From Candidatus Poribacteria bacterium (GTDB lineage: Bacteria; Poribacteria; WGA-4E; WGA-3G): DNA of 64,000 nucleotides. Numbering within the stretch: the stretch's first letter is position 1; every line of letters starts with the position of its first letter. The stretch lies in contig CBDAUI010000002.1 of the NCBI GenBank assembly GCA_965200205.1, forward strand, positions 1,449,472 to 1,513,471, given 5' to 3'. Under the pieces are notes generated by a model. It worked only from the letters and a program-made list of their open reading frames with translations. It did not search any database and had not been told where the DNA came from. The position numbers and the translations under genes are program-made. This document shows, piece by piece, positions 37,174-47,757 of this stretch.

Positions 37174-38301
37174 ATGAATATCTATGAACGCTTAGGCATC
37201 CGCACAGTGATTAACGGCAATGCAACGCTCACACGACTCGGAGGCTCCATTATGCCATCCGAGGTTGTCGCTGCGATGGCTGATGCTTCTAAGCACTTCG
37301 TAGACATCATCGAACTCCAAAAACGCGTCGGTGAAGAGATCGCAAAACGCACCCACAACGAAGCAGCTTATGTCTCTTGTGGTGCCGCCGCTGCCCTAAC
37401 CCTCAGCACTGCCGCGTGTATCACCGGACTGGATCCAACCAAACGTGAGAAATTACCGCATCTTGACGCGTCTATGAAAAGCGAAGTCATTGTCCATCGC
37501 CACGGTCGCGTCGGATACGATTTCGCCGTACGTCAGGTCGGTGTCACATTCGTGGAGATCGGCGACAAAAACGGAACAATGCCTGACGAATTAGAAGACG
37601 CTATCACTGAGAAAACCGCTGCGATCTTCTATTTTGCCAACCCCGGCAGAGAGCATCTCTGGGTCCCATACAAAGAAGCCATCGCAATCGCTAAAAGACA
37701 CGGTGTCCCACTCATCGTTGATGCTGCTGCGCAGCTACCACCCCCTGAAAACCTCTGGCGTTTCACGCAGATGGGCGCGGATTTAGCACTCTTCAGCGGT
37801 GGGAAAGGGTTGTGTGGACCCCAAAGCAGCGGACTGATCGTCGGAAATAAATCGTTGATTGAGGCAATCACTTTCAATGGACCCCCGCACCCTTTCATCG
37901 GCAGAGGTATGAAAGTGGGTAAGGAAGAATTGATTGGACTCCTCGCTGCTGTAGAGTGGTACTTGGGACAAAACCACGAGGAATTACAGCAGGCTTATGA
38001 AGATCAGGTTACCTATTACAACGAAGTTTTCACAGATATCCAAGGCGTTACAGTCCATCGCAGTTTCCCTTCCGAGGCTGGGCAGCCGATGCCACGCACC
38101 GAAATCAAATTTGACGAGGAACAACTCGGTATCACACGGAATGAAATCCTTCAACAACTCGCGGAAGGCGAACCCCCAATCGACATTGCAGGCGCAGGCA
38201 CGAACGGTGTCCTCATTAATGGACAAACCCTGATGCCCGGAGAAATAGAAATTATCACGCAAAGACTAATGGAGATTATTTTAAACTCGCGCAAGCTTTA
38301 A
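37174..38301 (+). CDS. PLP-dependent SelA-like / DgaE-family enzyme (tentative)
   Basis: N-terminus LGIRTVINGNATLTRLGGS and size ~375 aa resemble SelA-like aminotransferase-fold proteins; unverified. Confidence 0.45.
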   Translation: MNIYERLGIRTVINGNATLTRLGGSIMPSEVVAAMADASKHFVDIIELQKRVGEEIAKRTHNEAAYVSCGAAAALTLSTAACITGLDPTKREKLPHLDASMKSEVIVHRHGRVGYDFAVRQVGVTFVEIGDKNGTMPDELEDAITEKTAAIFYFANPGREHLWVPYKEAIAIAKRHGVPLIVDAAAQLPPPENLWRFTQMGADLALFSGGKGLCGPQSSGLIVGNKSLIEAITFNGPPHPFIGRGMKVGKEELIGLLAAVEWYLGQNHEELQQAYEDQVTYYNEVFTDIQGVTVHRSFPSEAGQPMPRTEIKFDEEQLGITRNEILQQLAEGEPPIDIAGAGTNGVLINGQTLMPGEIEIITQRLMEIILNSRKL

Positions 38302-38466
38302 AGAACAGTCTCCGCTTTCTAACTATGGGCACTTGGGGATGCGCGCCATTACATTACGAAAACTTCTTGATAGGTTCCAGCAGCCGTAATGAAATGGAGG
38401 CGAACCTACAGAGAGGAACGTTGGTTGTTCAACACACCTGAACGAACCGCAAGGAATAATTAAAAA

Positions 38467-39177
38467 ATGAGACTTAACAACGGTATTCGCCTGACATGGC
38501 TCGGACATTCGACTTTCAAAATCGTAGCGGACAGACAAACACTCCTCATCGACCCATGGGTAACAAACAACCCTGTCTGTCCCGATGCACTCAAAACCTT
38601 TGACGCACTTGACGTAATTCTCATAACACACGGGCACGCCGACCACATTGGTGACGCTGTACCACTCGCTAAAAAACATTCGCCGACAGTCGTATCTATC
38701 GTCGAAATCGCCGGATGGCTCGATAAACAAGGCGTTGACAACGCAATCGGGATGAACAAGGGTGGCACTGTTACTGTCGCTGGCATAAAGGCGACGATGG
38801 TTTCAGCGAACCATAGCAGCAGCTTCACAGAAGAAGACGGCACAACGGTATATCTGGGTGAACCGGCAGGTTACGTGATTGAATTTGCTAACGGCTACAA
38901 AATCTACCACGCCGGAGATACGAATGTTTTCGGAGACATGCGGATTATCGGTGAGATTTACGAACCCGATCTGGCACTCCTCCCAATCGGCGATCATTTC
39001 ACAATGGGACCGCGTGAAGCCGCGTACGCCGCGCAATTGCTCAATGTACCGGCGATCCTACCCATCCATTACGGCACCTTCCCACTACTAACAGGAACAC
39101 CAGAAGAACTCCGTCAACTAACAGCTTCTCAAGATGTGGAAATTGTCACATTAGCAGTCGGGGAAACTTTAGATTAA
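38467..39177 (+). CDS. metal-dependent hydrolase, metallo-beta-lactamase fold (UPF0173-like)
   Basis: LTWLGHSTFKI, LIDPW, HGHADH motifs. Confidence 0.8.
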   Translation: MRLNNGIRLTWLGHSTFKIVADRQTLLIDPWVTNNPVCPDALKTFDALDVILITHGHADHIGDAVPLAKKHSPTVVSIVEIAGWLDKQGVDNAIGMNKGGTVTVAGIKATMVSANHSSSFTEEDGTTVYLGEPAGYVIEFANGYKIYHAGDTNVFGDMRIIGEIYEPDLALLPIGDHFTMGPREAAYAAQLLNVPAILPIHYGTFPLLTGTPEELRQLTASQDVEIVTLAVGETLD

Positions 39178-40071
39178 GGCACCCCGATAGGGACCTTGTA
39201 ATCCAAAAGCGTTCACAGTCCTGAGTAATTCCTGTGGGTTACCTGTATCGTAACGCTGACCCGCGACGCGGTAACCGGACATCCCTTCCTGTTTGATCAT
39301 CTCTGACATCGCATCCCGCAATTGAATCTCACCGTGTGTTACAATTCCCTGCTTGTAGTTGTAATCGAGTATATCAAAAAGAAGCGGTGTAAGAAGATCT
39401 ATGCCAAAGTTACAGAGATACTGCTGCGCGGGTACGCCTTCAACGCGGAGGTGTTTTTGTGCAAATTCGACCATCGGTTTTTCGGAGATTTGTTGTAGTG
39501 TATAGAGTCGAGGGGATTCAACGCAAGGGCTGCCGTGAACGATGCCGTTGAGCGAAAGCTCGCTTTCATGACAGAGATCCAAACTCGTCACGGACTGGCC
39601 GACTTGTGCATAGACATCCACTAACTGTTTCGCGCACGAGGTCCCTGATTCCGAGATATAGAGATGGTCACCGAGCAGGATCATGACCGGCTCACCTGCG
39701 GCGAAATCTTTTGCACAGTAGATGGCGTGTCCGAACCCTTCCGGTTTCTCCTGAATAGCGAAATGCAGCCGTTCGCCAATTTCCGCCAATCGCTCTGCTT
39801 GTGTCGCCAACTCTGGTTTTTCGAGGATCGCGTCGGGAACGATGCCAGAAAAATAGTCGGTAATTGGATCGACCTGTTGCGGTTGAGCAACGATACACAC
39901 CTCTTCTACACCCGCTGATAAAGCCTCCTCAATAATCAACTGAATGACCGGTTTCGCGATCCCGTCCTCTGCGATGATCGGAAAGAGTGCTTTCGGTACG
40001 GCTTTTGTCGCTGGAAAGAGACGTGTTCCATATCCTGCAATCGGAATAATCGCTTTTTGAATCGGTTTCAT
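39169..40071 (-). CDS. sugar-1-phosphate nucleotidyltransferase, UTP--glucose-1-phosphate uridylyltransferase-like
   Basis: KAIIPIAGYGTRLFPATKAVPKALFPI NTP-transferase signature; likely start at MKPIQ. Confidence 0.7.
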   Translation of the reverse strand: MKPIQKAIIPIAGYGTRLFPATKAVPKALFPIIAEDGIAKPVIQLIIEEALSAGVEEVCIVAQPQQVDPITDYFSGIVPDAILEKPELATQAERLAEIGERLHFAIQEKPEGFGHAIYCAKDFAAGEPVMILLGDHLYISESGTSCAKQLVDVYAQVGQSVTSLDLCHESELSLNGIVHGSPCVESPRLYTLQQISEKPMVEFAQKHLRVEGVPAQQYLCNFGIDLLTPLLFDILDYNYKQGIVTHGEIQLRDAMSEMIKQEGMSGYRVAGQRYDTGNPQELLRTVNAFGLQGPYRGALI

Positions 40072-40146
40072 AAATTTGCCCTTAAGCGAAGATGCCCGCC
40101 AAATCTTGACGGACATCTCATTTTTAGTGCATATTCCGAGGAATAA

Positions 40147-40989
40147 CTATTGGGAGGACTTGAGTTGCCCCCAAGTCGTCGCTACTTTTCCAGCGGCATC
40201 AACAGCTAATGCACTTTCAAGCCCCCCGCCAAGTTTGGCGATTTCAGCATCGCTGAGCGTCACATTAAAGATTGCAACTTCATCAATAATACCGTTCCAC
40301 TGACAGCGTTTGCCGCAACCCGGGTCCGCACCGATGTATACCTCTTCTGGAGATGGCCAAGGCGGTCCCTTAGCATCTTCACTGTTCTGCAACTTGCCGT
40401 TAACGTAGATATGCAGCTGCGAACCGTCCCATGTACCGACGAGGTGTACCCACTCTTTTGCAGGAACATCGTCGCCGAGGACTTCAAGTTTCGCGCCACC
40501 GTTTGCGATTCGGATATGAAACGCGGCTTTTGTACTATTTTCGCCATTCTCGTGTGCGCCAGTTCCGAGTAAGAACTGCGACCAAGTCGAACATCCGAGT
40601 CCTTTCCAGATGACGCATTTACCGGTCGGGTCTTCTGCTGCATAGACCCAAGCGTGTATAGAGAATCCCTCCGATTCCTTAAAATCCAAGGCAGCTAACG
40701 TTTTATCTTCACCTTTGGTGCCGAGTTTGACCCAAGTATCCGCGCCGTCAAACTCTAATCCACCACCGAATTTGGCATCCACCCACTTCAGGTCGCCGAC
40801 AAATTCACCATCGGATCCGTTACCGGAGAGATCTGTTACTTCCTTACCTTTTCCTTCTTCAAACGTCCACATCCCCGCAATTGTCTTTTCATCAAGATTC
40901 GCATCGCTTGTAGTTACCATCGCGAAACTAAGCGCGATGACAGCAATTGCAACGAGTGTGTAATTCAGATAGCGTATTGCCAAAAACAT
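40147..40989 (-). CDS. secreted LamG-like (concanavalin A-like lectin/glucanase) domain protein
   Basis: signal/TM anchor; LSGNGSDGEFVGDLKWVDAKFGGGLEFDG motif of LamG_3-type domains. Confidence 0.6.
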   Translation of the reverse strand: MFLAIRYLNYTLVAIAVIALSFAMVTTSDANLDEKTIAGMWTFEEGKGKEVTDLSGNGSDGEFVGDLKWVDAKFGGGLEFDGADTWVKLGTKGEDKTLAALDFKESEGFSIHAWVYAAEDPTGKCVIWKGLGCSTWSQFLLGTGAHENGENSTKAAFHIRIANGGAKLEVLGDDVPAKEWVHLVGTWDGSQLHIYVNGKLQNSEDAKGPPWPSPEEVYIGADPGCGKRCQWNGIIDEVAIFNVTLSDAEIAKLGGGLESALAVDAAGKVATTWGQLKSSQ

Positions 40990-41146
40990 GTGTTTCCTCC
41001 AAGTGGTCCCGATTGAACGACCACTACGCTGTTATTTTTTTAAAAGATAGAGGGATAATCCCTCGACTTTAATCATTAGCGTACAGTATTACTTTAGACA
41101 TATTCATGCCTATTCGGTTCGTCAAAACCCGTTCATACATTTTAAC

Positions 41147-42178
41147 CTATGCTTTTTCGGTTGTCAAGTCAATTGCATCCGCTTCGGCAAGTTTCTGCGC
41201 AAGTGTAAGGTTATCCTCATAGACGGTTTTGATTAACTCCTCAATATCAGGTTCCTGAACCGATATATCTACGATTTTGAATCTTTGGAGTATCGCACCG
41301 ATGAGATCCGCCGTGCTAATTGCCTCTGGCGAAAACCGATACTCCACCCGCGTCCCTTCTTGATAGATAACTTGAGCGTTAGGAATACTGATATCAGAGT
41401 AGGTTTCGGCATAATCGACGCTCAAAATCCGTTCCGTCGAAAGCAACCGCCTGAGTGCAGCGAGTTCGCCATCAAAGCAGAGCCGCGCATTGTCAATCAG
41501 AATAACGCGTTTGCAGAGTTTTTCAACATCGTCTAAGTCGTGTGTTGTTAAGACGACCGTGACCTGTCGCTCGGCGTTAATTTGCTGAATGAACTCGCGG
41601 ATACGTGCCTTAGCAACCACATCCAACCCGATCGTCGGTTCATCAAGGAACAGTACCTCCGGATTGTGAAGCAGTGCGGCAGCGATGTCGGCACGCATCC
41701 GTTGTCCGAGGCTCAATTGACGAACAGGGGTCTGAAAAAACTCACCAAGACTCAGCAACGCATCGAACATCTCTACATTCTGATTATATTGTACCTGCGG
41801 AATCCGATAGATGCGCCGCAGCAGCTCAAACGACTCCTGCACAGGTAAATCAAACCAGAGGTGCGAACGCTGTCCGAACACCACGCCAATGTGTTTGGCG
41901 TTCTCCTTGCGTTGGCGATGCGGGATATAACCGTTCACAGCCACACGACCAGATGTCGGCACCAAAATACCGGTCAGCATTTTAATGGTGGTAGACTTTC
42001 CGGCACCGTTCGGTCCCAAGTAGCCGACGACTTCGCCGCGTTTTATGGAGAACGAAACGTTGTCCACTGCTTGGACAATACGGTGTTTGCGGGAGAAGAG
42101 GTTCACGAAACTCCCGAAAAAACCTTTGCGGTGGTGATAGACTTTGAAGGTCTTGCTGAGATTTTCAACTTCAATCAT
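41147..42178 (-). CDS. ABC transporter ATP-binding protein (ABC-2 type)
   Basis: Walker A GPNGAGKST, signature LSLGQRMRADIAAAL, Walker B LFLDEPTIGLD. Confidence 0.85.
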   Translation of the reverse strand: MIEVENLSKTFKVYHHRKGFFGSFVNLFSRKHRIVQAVDNVSFSIKRGEVVGYLGPNGAGKSTTIKMLTGILVPTSGRVAVNGYIPHRQRKENAKHIGVVFGQRSHLWFDLPVQESFELLRRIYRIPQVQYNQNVEMFDALLSLGEFFQTPVRQLSLGQRMRADIAAALLHNPEVLFLDEPTIGLDVVAKARIREFIQQINAERQVTVVLTTHDLDDVEKLCKRVILIDNARLCFDGELAALRRLLSTERILSVDYAETYSDISIPNAQVIYQEGTRVEYRFSPEAISTADLIGAILQRFKIVDISVQEPDIEELIKTVYEDNLTLAQKLAEADAIDLTTEKA

Positions 42179-42179
42179 G

Positions 42180-43028
42180 TCAATGCCCCGTGCTTTGATA
42201 ATGCAGTACTCCCCATCGCCAGAACAGCATCGTGATACCTAAAAACAGGAACCCCGCGAAGGGTGCTAAGTACACGCCAAACGACGAAACGCCTGAAGAC
42301 GTAACCTTTTCCATTAAAAAAAGAGCAGGAAAATAGTTGACGCACGCCAATGGAACGATAAAAGTAAAAAAATGTCGAAACCAACGCCGATAAATCGAAA
42401 ACGGATAACTCCCCATGAAAACACCGCCGTTGGTAAAAATATTGATGATCTCTATGGATTGAATTGTCCAGAAGCAGCTTGTCGCACCAATCACGAACAA
42501 CCCGATAAAAAAACAGGTACCACTGACCAGTGAAACCAGCAGATACCCGACTTTTACCAACGACCAAGAGATCGTCAATTGCGAATTAGCAATAAGTAGG
42601 ATGATAAACGCTTGCGAAAACCGGCCGACGCGACGAAGTAGAAAATCGTGTGAAAAAACTTGGAAGAAAGTACCGAGCGGACGGATGAGTATCGTATCGA
42701 AATCGCCGCGTACCACGCTATTCTGAAAGACATCAAATCCCCTACCAACCATTTCAGCAACAGCAAAACAGACCCCGATCATACCATAAAGGAATCCGAC
42801 TTCCCATAGACTCCATCCTGCTAATTCTTTGAAACGGTTAAAGAGCAGCGCAATCATGAAAAAGTCGATAACAGCGATACTCGCTTGGGAAAACAGGTCG
42901 AACACAAATGAGAACCGATATTCCATCTGCGATCGGATGCGAAGCTTGACAAAATGGAGATAGAGTGAGAGATGATGCATTTGAGAGGTACCTCTATCCG
43001 CCTTGTATGACGAGCCGAGAAAATCCAC
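42180..43028 (-). CDS. ABC-2 family transporter permease
   Basis: six hydrophobic helices, operonic with ATPase. Confidence 0.6.
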   Translation of the reverse strand: MDFLGSSYKADRGTSQMHHLSLYLHFVKLRIRSQMEYRFSFVFDLFSQASIAVIDFFMIALLFNRFKELAGWSLWEVGFLYGMIGVCFAVAEMVGRGFDVFQNSVVRGDFDTILIRPLGTFFQVFSHDFLLRRVGRFSQAFIILLIANSQLTISWSLVKVGYLLVSLVSGTCFFIGLFVIGATSCFWTIQSIEIINIFTNGGVFMGSYPFSIYRRWFRHFFTFIVPLACVNYFPALFLMEKVTSSGVSSFGVYLAPFAGFLFLGITMLFWRWGVLHYQSTGH

Positions 43029-43809
43029 GCCTCAAAAAAAAACGTCCCAGTCCAAGAAAAATGAAGCACCACATCATCTGTTTACCTATAGCCGTCCAGA
43101 TGGCGACCCCTGTAACCTTACTTAAATAGATACTAAACGGGACATCAATCAATCCAGCAAATGGTAGCCACTCCGCGATGTGTGCCAAACCTTCGGGCCA
43201 GAGTGCGATCGGAACCAACATCCCAGAAAATAGCATGATTACGGAACCGGACATCCCAGAAATTCCAGCTGTATCAAGTGTCCAGAACGCACTGCTAAAA
43301 ATTGTTATCGTGATTGCAGTACTCATGAGAATGGCAAGCACCATTGAAACTGCAAACGCTATAAAAACAGTAAATTGCTGTGGAATTGTCACTTCAAAAA
43401 AGAGGATACTAATCAGAAAGGTCGGGCACCCACGCATGAGCAGGAAATAGCAGGCTCTACCACATTCATCCGCAAACCAATAGGCGTGAAAATCGACAGG
43501 CTTCGTTAATTGGAGTGCGACACTACCGTCTTTAATCGCTTGTGTAACTTCAGAACGTCCACCCCAGAACGGCATCAACATGAAAGAGACCTGACAAAGA
43601 ACGAAATAGGTAATAATTTCATTCAGACTGAGCGGTTGCGGTTCGCTGCTTGCCGCATAAAAAGCCGTATAAACGAAAATATGCACCAGCAGAAAAAAGA
43701 AATTGGTCGTCAAACCAGCAAGGTTAGCAACCCGATATTGCATCCGCTTCTGAAACGATTTCGTCACAAATGCAAAATAGACATTGAAAGTTAGGTAGAG
43801 AGGTCTCAT
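42994..43809 (-). CDS. ABC-2 family transporter permease (second subunit)
   Basis: hydrophobic polytopic, overlaps downstream permease gene start. Confidence 0.6.
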   Translation of the reverse strand: MRPLYLTFNVYFAFVTKSFQKRMQYRVANLAGLTTNFFFLLVHIFVYTAFYAASSEPQPLSLNEIITYFVLCQVSFMLMPFWGGRSEVTQAIKDGSVALQLTKPVDFHAYWFADECGRACYFLLMRGCPTFLISILFFEVTIPQQFTVFIAFAVSMVLAILMSTAITITIFSSAFWTLDTAGISGMSGSVIMLFSGMLVPIALWPEGLAHIAEWLPFAGLIDVPFSIYLSKVTGVAIWTAIGKQMMWCFIFLGLGRFFLRRGFSRLVIQGG

Positions 43810-44852
43810 CCGTTAGGTGTGCTGAGATCGTCGATACGGATGGACCGTCCCTTCTCTGCGGATTCGTAAATACCGTCGAGCATCTGCATCAACATAATCC
43901 CTTGTTGCGCTGAAGATATCGGTTCCTCACCGTCTACTATGCACCCCACGAAGTGTTTAACCTCTTCGTCGAACCCATTTATCCGTGGTGCGTTGAGTGG
44001 TTTGTCCACTTCTTTGCCGTTTTCTTCGGTGTAAAGCGTAAACGGATTGAGTGTTGCCCCTGCCTTGGTTCCTGCCACTTTGATGTAGTTATCGCCAGGC
44101 AGGTTCAGTGCCCAGGTCGTCTCAAGAATAATGGTTGCGCCGTTTTCAAAATGGATCTGTGCAAAGGTTCCGTCATCAACATCGTATTTAACATCATCGG
44201 GTACGAGATGCCCAAAGTGAGAATAGACCGCACCCATAACTTCAACAGGTCTTGGGGAATTCATTAACCACCAAATACAATCCAAGGCATGTACACCGAT
44301 GTCAATGAGTGCACCGCCACCGGAACGCTCTTTATCCACAAACCACCCCTCTTTACCGATAGGAATACCACGACGGCGGACATAAGCCGCTTTACCGAAA
44401 TAGATGTCGCCGAGTTCACCAGCTGTGACGAGTTGTTTCAGGCGTTGTGCATTTCCGCCGAACCGCTGCACGAGTGCATACATGAGCGTCTTGCCGTTTT
44501 CGGAGGCTGCATCCGCCATCGCCTTTGCCTCCTGTGCGCTCCGAGCGGGTGGTTTCTCACAAAGCACATGTTTACCGGCGTTCAACGCGTCAATCGAGAT
44601 CGGCGCGTGAAGGAAATTCGGCAGACAAACACTCACGGCATCGATATCACTATTCTCTAACATCTCTAAATGATTGGTGTAGATATGTTGTATTTTATAT
44701 TCCGATGCGACCTCTTCAGCGTGTGTTTTGTCTAAATCACAGACGGCGATAACCTCTGACCGAGAGTCAGCGATATAACCTTTGAGATGTTGCATCCCGG
44801 GCCAACCGAGTCCGACAACTGCCGTCCGGACTTCTGTTTTTTGATTTGCCAT
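43806..44852 (-). CDS. Gfo/Idh/MocA family NAD(P)-dependent oxidoreductase
   Basis: N-terminal Rossmann VGLGWPGMQH.. and EKP motif. Confidence 0.85.
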   Translation of the reverse strand: MANQKTEVRTAVVGLGWPGMQHLKGYIADSRSEVIAVCDLDKTHAEEVASEYKIQHIYTNHLEMLENSDIDAVSVCLPNFLHAPISIDALNAGKHVLCEKPPARSAQEAKAMADAASENGKTLMYALVQRFGGNAQRLKQLVTAGELGDIYFGKAAYVRRRGIPIGKEGWFVDKERSGGGALIDIGVHALDCIWWLMNSPRPVEVMGAVYSHFGHLVPDDVKYDVDDGTFAQIHFENGATIILETTWALNLPGDNYIKVAGTKAGATLNPFTLYTEENGKEVDKPLNAPRINGFDEEVKHFVGCIVDGEEPISSAQQGIMLMQMLDGIYESAEKGRSIRIDDLSTPNG

Positions 44853-44916
44853 AATAGATTTTCCTTTATTTATTCGCTATTAGCCGTTGGCTGTTAGCAG
44901 GAAGGTTTTATTTTTT

Positions 44917-46152
44917 TTATTCGTGACGTAATGCCTCTGTAGGCGTGAGGCTGGCAGCTTTGTTTGCCGGGTAGAGTCCGAAGAATATTCCGATGAATGC
45001 AGAAACACTGAACGCGATTAATGCCGCTTGCACAGAGACGATAGCGGGCCAACTCGCCTGCATAAGTTTTGAAATGACCAGACCAGAAATAGAGGCGAGG
45101 CTACTGCCGATAAAGATACCGATGAGCCCCCCGCAAACACTTAAAACAATCGCTTCAATCAGAAATTGGATTAGGATGTCTTGGCGTCTCGCGCCAATAG
45201 CCTTCCGTAACCCGATCTCGCGAGTCCGCTCTGTTACAGAGACCAACATAATATTCATGATCCCGATACCGCCGACGAACAGCGCGACACTCGCCACACC
45301 GCCGAGGAGTATCTGAACAATCCGACTGACATTCCCTACCTGTTTTATAATCTGTTTCGCCGTAAAAAAATCAAAATATTTTTCGTCGCCGTGTAGCTGC
45401 CGCATAGAGACTTTGATCTCTGCAACAGCCTGCTCGACTTTTTCATAACTCTCGGCTTGGCAATATAAATAGATCCAACCTTTATATTTCCCAATAAAAC
45501 GGATTCCCAATGTCGTAATCGGAATAATGACGCGATTATCCCACCCCTCACTCGCCATGCTGTTCCCCTTTTCCTCCATAACGCCGATGACGGTGAACCG
45601 TTCTTGTCCGATTCTGAGCTCGAGTCCGATCGGATCCTGCATCTGGAACAGGTCTTTGTGGACTTCCGAACCGATCACACACACAGGATCCCTCCGCTCA
45701 ATATCGTTATCCGTGATAAACCGCCCTAATTGGACGTACCAGTTGTTGGCTTCTTGGTAAAACGGTGTGATACCATAGACCTCAAGCGACTGATTAACGT
45801 GTTTGTGCGAGACCGGAAGGTTTATCTGGGACTGTGCTACAGCGAGTTTAAGAGAGGGACAGTTGTCAATAATAAAGGCGAGGTCCTCGTATTCAATGAA
45901 TTCGGGGTGTTTGTTTTCAATATACGCGCCGTCCTCTCTTTGCAGTTTATCTTTCCTGAAACAGACAATCATGCCCGCGCCGCCGATCCGTTCTAATTCA
46001 GCGAGCATCAGGTGTTCGGCACCGCCGCCGACCGAAACAACGGCGACAACCGCGGCGATACCGATGATAATACCGAGTGTTGTCAGCACAGAACGCAATT
46101 TATTACGCAGGAGTGCTGCTAAACCGACGTTAATACCTTGTGTAATCTGCAT
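44917..46152 (-). CDS. ABC transporter permease, MacB/FtsX-like (MacB periplasmic core domain + FtsX)
   Basis: LRNKLRSVLTTLGIIIGIAAVV TM1, periplasmic domain, C-terminal three-TM FtsX domain ending ...TPTEALRHE. Confidence 0.8.
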   Translation of the reverse strand: MQITQGINVGLAALLRNKLRSVLTTLGIIIGIAAVVAVVSVGGGAEHLMLAELERIGGAGMIVCFRKDKLQREDGAYIENKHPEFIEYEDLAFIIDNCPSLKLAVAQSQINLPVSHKHVNQSLEVYGITPFYQEANNWYVQLGRFITDNDIERRDPVCVIGSEVHKDLFQMQDPIGLELRIGQERFTVIGVMEEKGNSMASEGWDNRVIIPITTLGIRFIGKYKGWIYLYCQAESYEKVEQAVAEIKVSMRQLHGDEKYFDFFTAKQIIKQVGNVSRIVQILLGGVASVALFVGGIGIMNIMLVSVTERTREIGLRKAIGARRQDILIQFLIEAIVLSVCGGLIGIFIGSSLASISGLVISKLMQASWPAIVSVQAALIAFSVSAFIGIFFGLYPANKAASLTPTEALRHE

Positions 46153-46194
46153 GGCTACCTAAGATTCCCTATCGCGAGCAGAGCTCGCTCCTAC

Positions 46195-47268
46195 CTACGG
46201 TTTCATGGATTCGCCGCGCAACAAGAAGGCTCGAATGTCATACCGCCCCGGACGTTCGATAGGCAGATCGCCATTCTCAATCATTAAATCAAGCGGATTC
46301 GCGTGTGTCCGTAGTGGCAATTGAACGACCTCGTGCATACGCGCCGATTCATAGATTCCCATAATAATCTCAACAGCGGCACGTCCGTGCTTCGCTTCGC
46401 CACGGTGTTCAGCACCGCCTTCGATCCACGAAACGAGTTCGGCGGCTTGTGCGACGTGCTGGTTTGTACCGTCGGACGGACGTTCCTTCCAATCCTTCGC
46501 CTTATTATTCAGAAGCCGGACGCGCGCCTCCGTTACATCTGCAATACCATCTGTTCCATAGACAATACCACCTTGATAATTCGGTCTGCCGATCTCTTGC
46601 ATAAGCATCCCGATACAGCCACCTGCGAACCCGACGATGCCAGCACTTCTATCCTCAATCTGGATGTCACGTTCATAACGCTCGGTTTTACGCTCAACGT
46701 TTCCGATAACCCACTCCGGTTCAGGATCGCCGAGGACGTAGCGCATCATATCAAACAGGTGTGAACAGTCATTCAATAACCCTTGCCCACCATGACAGAT
46801 GACCTGTCTCGGTTCACCGATAGCACCTTCAGCGATCAGATTGCGGGCATCTGTCCATGCAGAATTAAAACGGCGCTGGTGCCCGACGACGATCTTCACA
46901 TCGTTCCGTCTGGCGGCGATCAACATTTCATCGCATTCGCCTAAACTTACCCCCATCGGCTTTTCACAGAGGATCGCTTTTGGACTTCTCGCACACGCAG
47001 CGATCGTCATAGGGGCGTGGAGTTTATGCCAGGTCGCAACGCTGATAATATCAAGCTCTTCGTTATCCAACATCTCACGCGCATCCAAGTAGCAATTTTC
47101 AGCAGCGACATCATAAGTCTCTGCGAATTTGTCCAAGGCGACTTGAACCGGATCCGCAAGTGCGACGATCTCTGTCTGTTCAACGCCTTGATAGCCGCGG
47201 GCGTGGGCATTGGCGATACCACCACATCCGATAATTCCGACGCGATATTTAGAGGTTCCCATGTTCAT
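46195..47268 (-). CDS. Gfo/Idh/MocA family NAD(P)-dependent oxidoreductase
   Basis: YRVGIIGCGGIANAHARGY Rossmann N-terminus; EKP motif. Confidence 0.85.
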   Translation of the reverse strand: MNMGTSKYRVGIIGCGGIANAHARGYQGVEQTEIVALADPVQVALDKFAETYDVAAENCYLDAREMLDNEELDIISVATWHKLHAPMTIAACARSPKAILCEKPMGVSLGECDEMLIAARRNDVKIVVGHQRRFNSAWTDARNLIAEGAIGEPRQVICHGGQGLLNDCSHLFDMMRYVLGDPEPEWVIGNVERKTERYERDIQIEDRSAGIVGFAGGCIGMLMQEIGRPNYQGGIVYGTDGIADVTEARVRLLNNKAKDWKERPSDGTNQHVAQAAELVSWIEGGAEHRGEAKHGRAAVEIIMGIYESARMHEVVQLPLRTHANPLDLMIENGDLPIERPGRYDIRAFLLRGESMKP

Positions 47269-47589
47269 TACTTCCTATATTTCTGCCACGCTATAAATTC
47301 ATACCAGTGGCGATGAATCGATAAAACGAAACTACAATTACCAAATAAACGGCGTAATACGCCTCAAATTTTCCGTGAACGCAATTTTTTGTAACCTCTC
47401 TCCAGAGATTGCGTATTACAAAGCGCTTAGTCATATTTTATATATTATCAAAATATAAAAACGAAGAGAGGAAAATACAGATGAGCTTCTTGGTTGTTCT
47501 ATCTGTCGTTTGGATTAACGTGCTCCTCAGAATTTCCAGACACTCCTAATTTCAGGTTGCCTCTGGAAACCCGTTCCATTTTACGTTGT

Positions 47590-47633
47590 ATAGAGGCTAC
47601 AATGGGGGAACCCCATGTAGCCTCTATGCATTT
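47590..47633. other. long near-perfect palindrome (tatagaggctacaatgggggaaccccatgtagcctctatgca) in 490-bp intergenic region
   Basis: seen directly; stem >=18 bp. Confidence 0.5.
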
Positions 47634-47757
47634 AGCAAAACCAACACTTAATGGCACATCGGAGCATAGGAAACCGTTAGCTTCCTGTGGCATCTTAGTA
47701 GCGTATGCTGCCGGTCATCTGTATCAATAAAAGAGAACCGACAATCAAGGTTATTGA

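Noticed and set aside
47494-47730. Two overlapping small ORFs (78 aa plus, 64 aa minus) in the long intergenic region
   Set aside because: No RBS, no motifs, mutually overlapping on opposite strands. Region treated as non-coding/structured.
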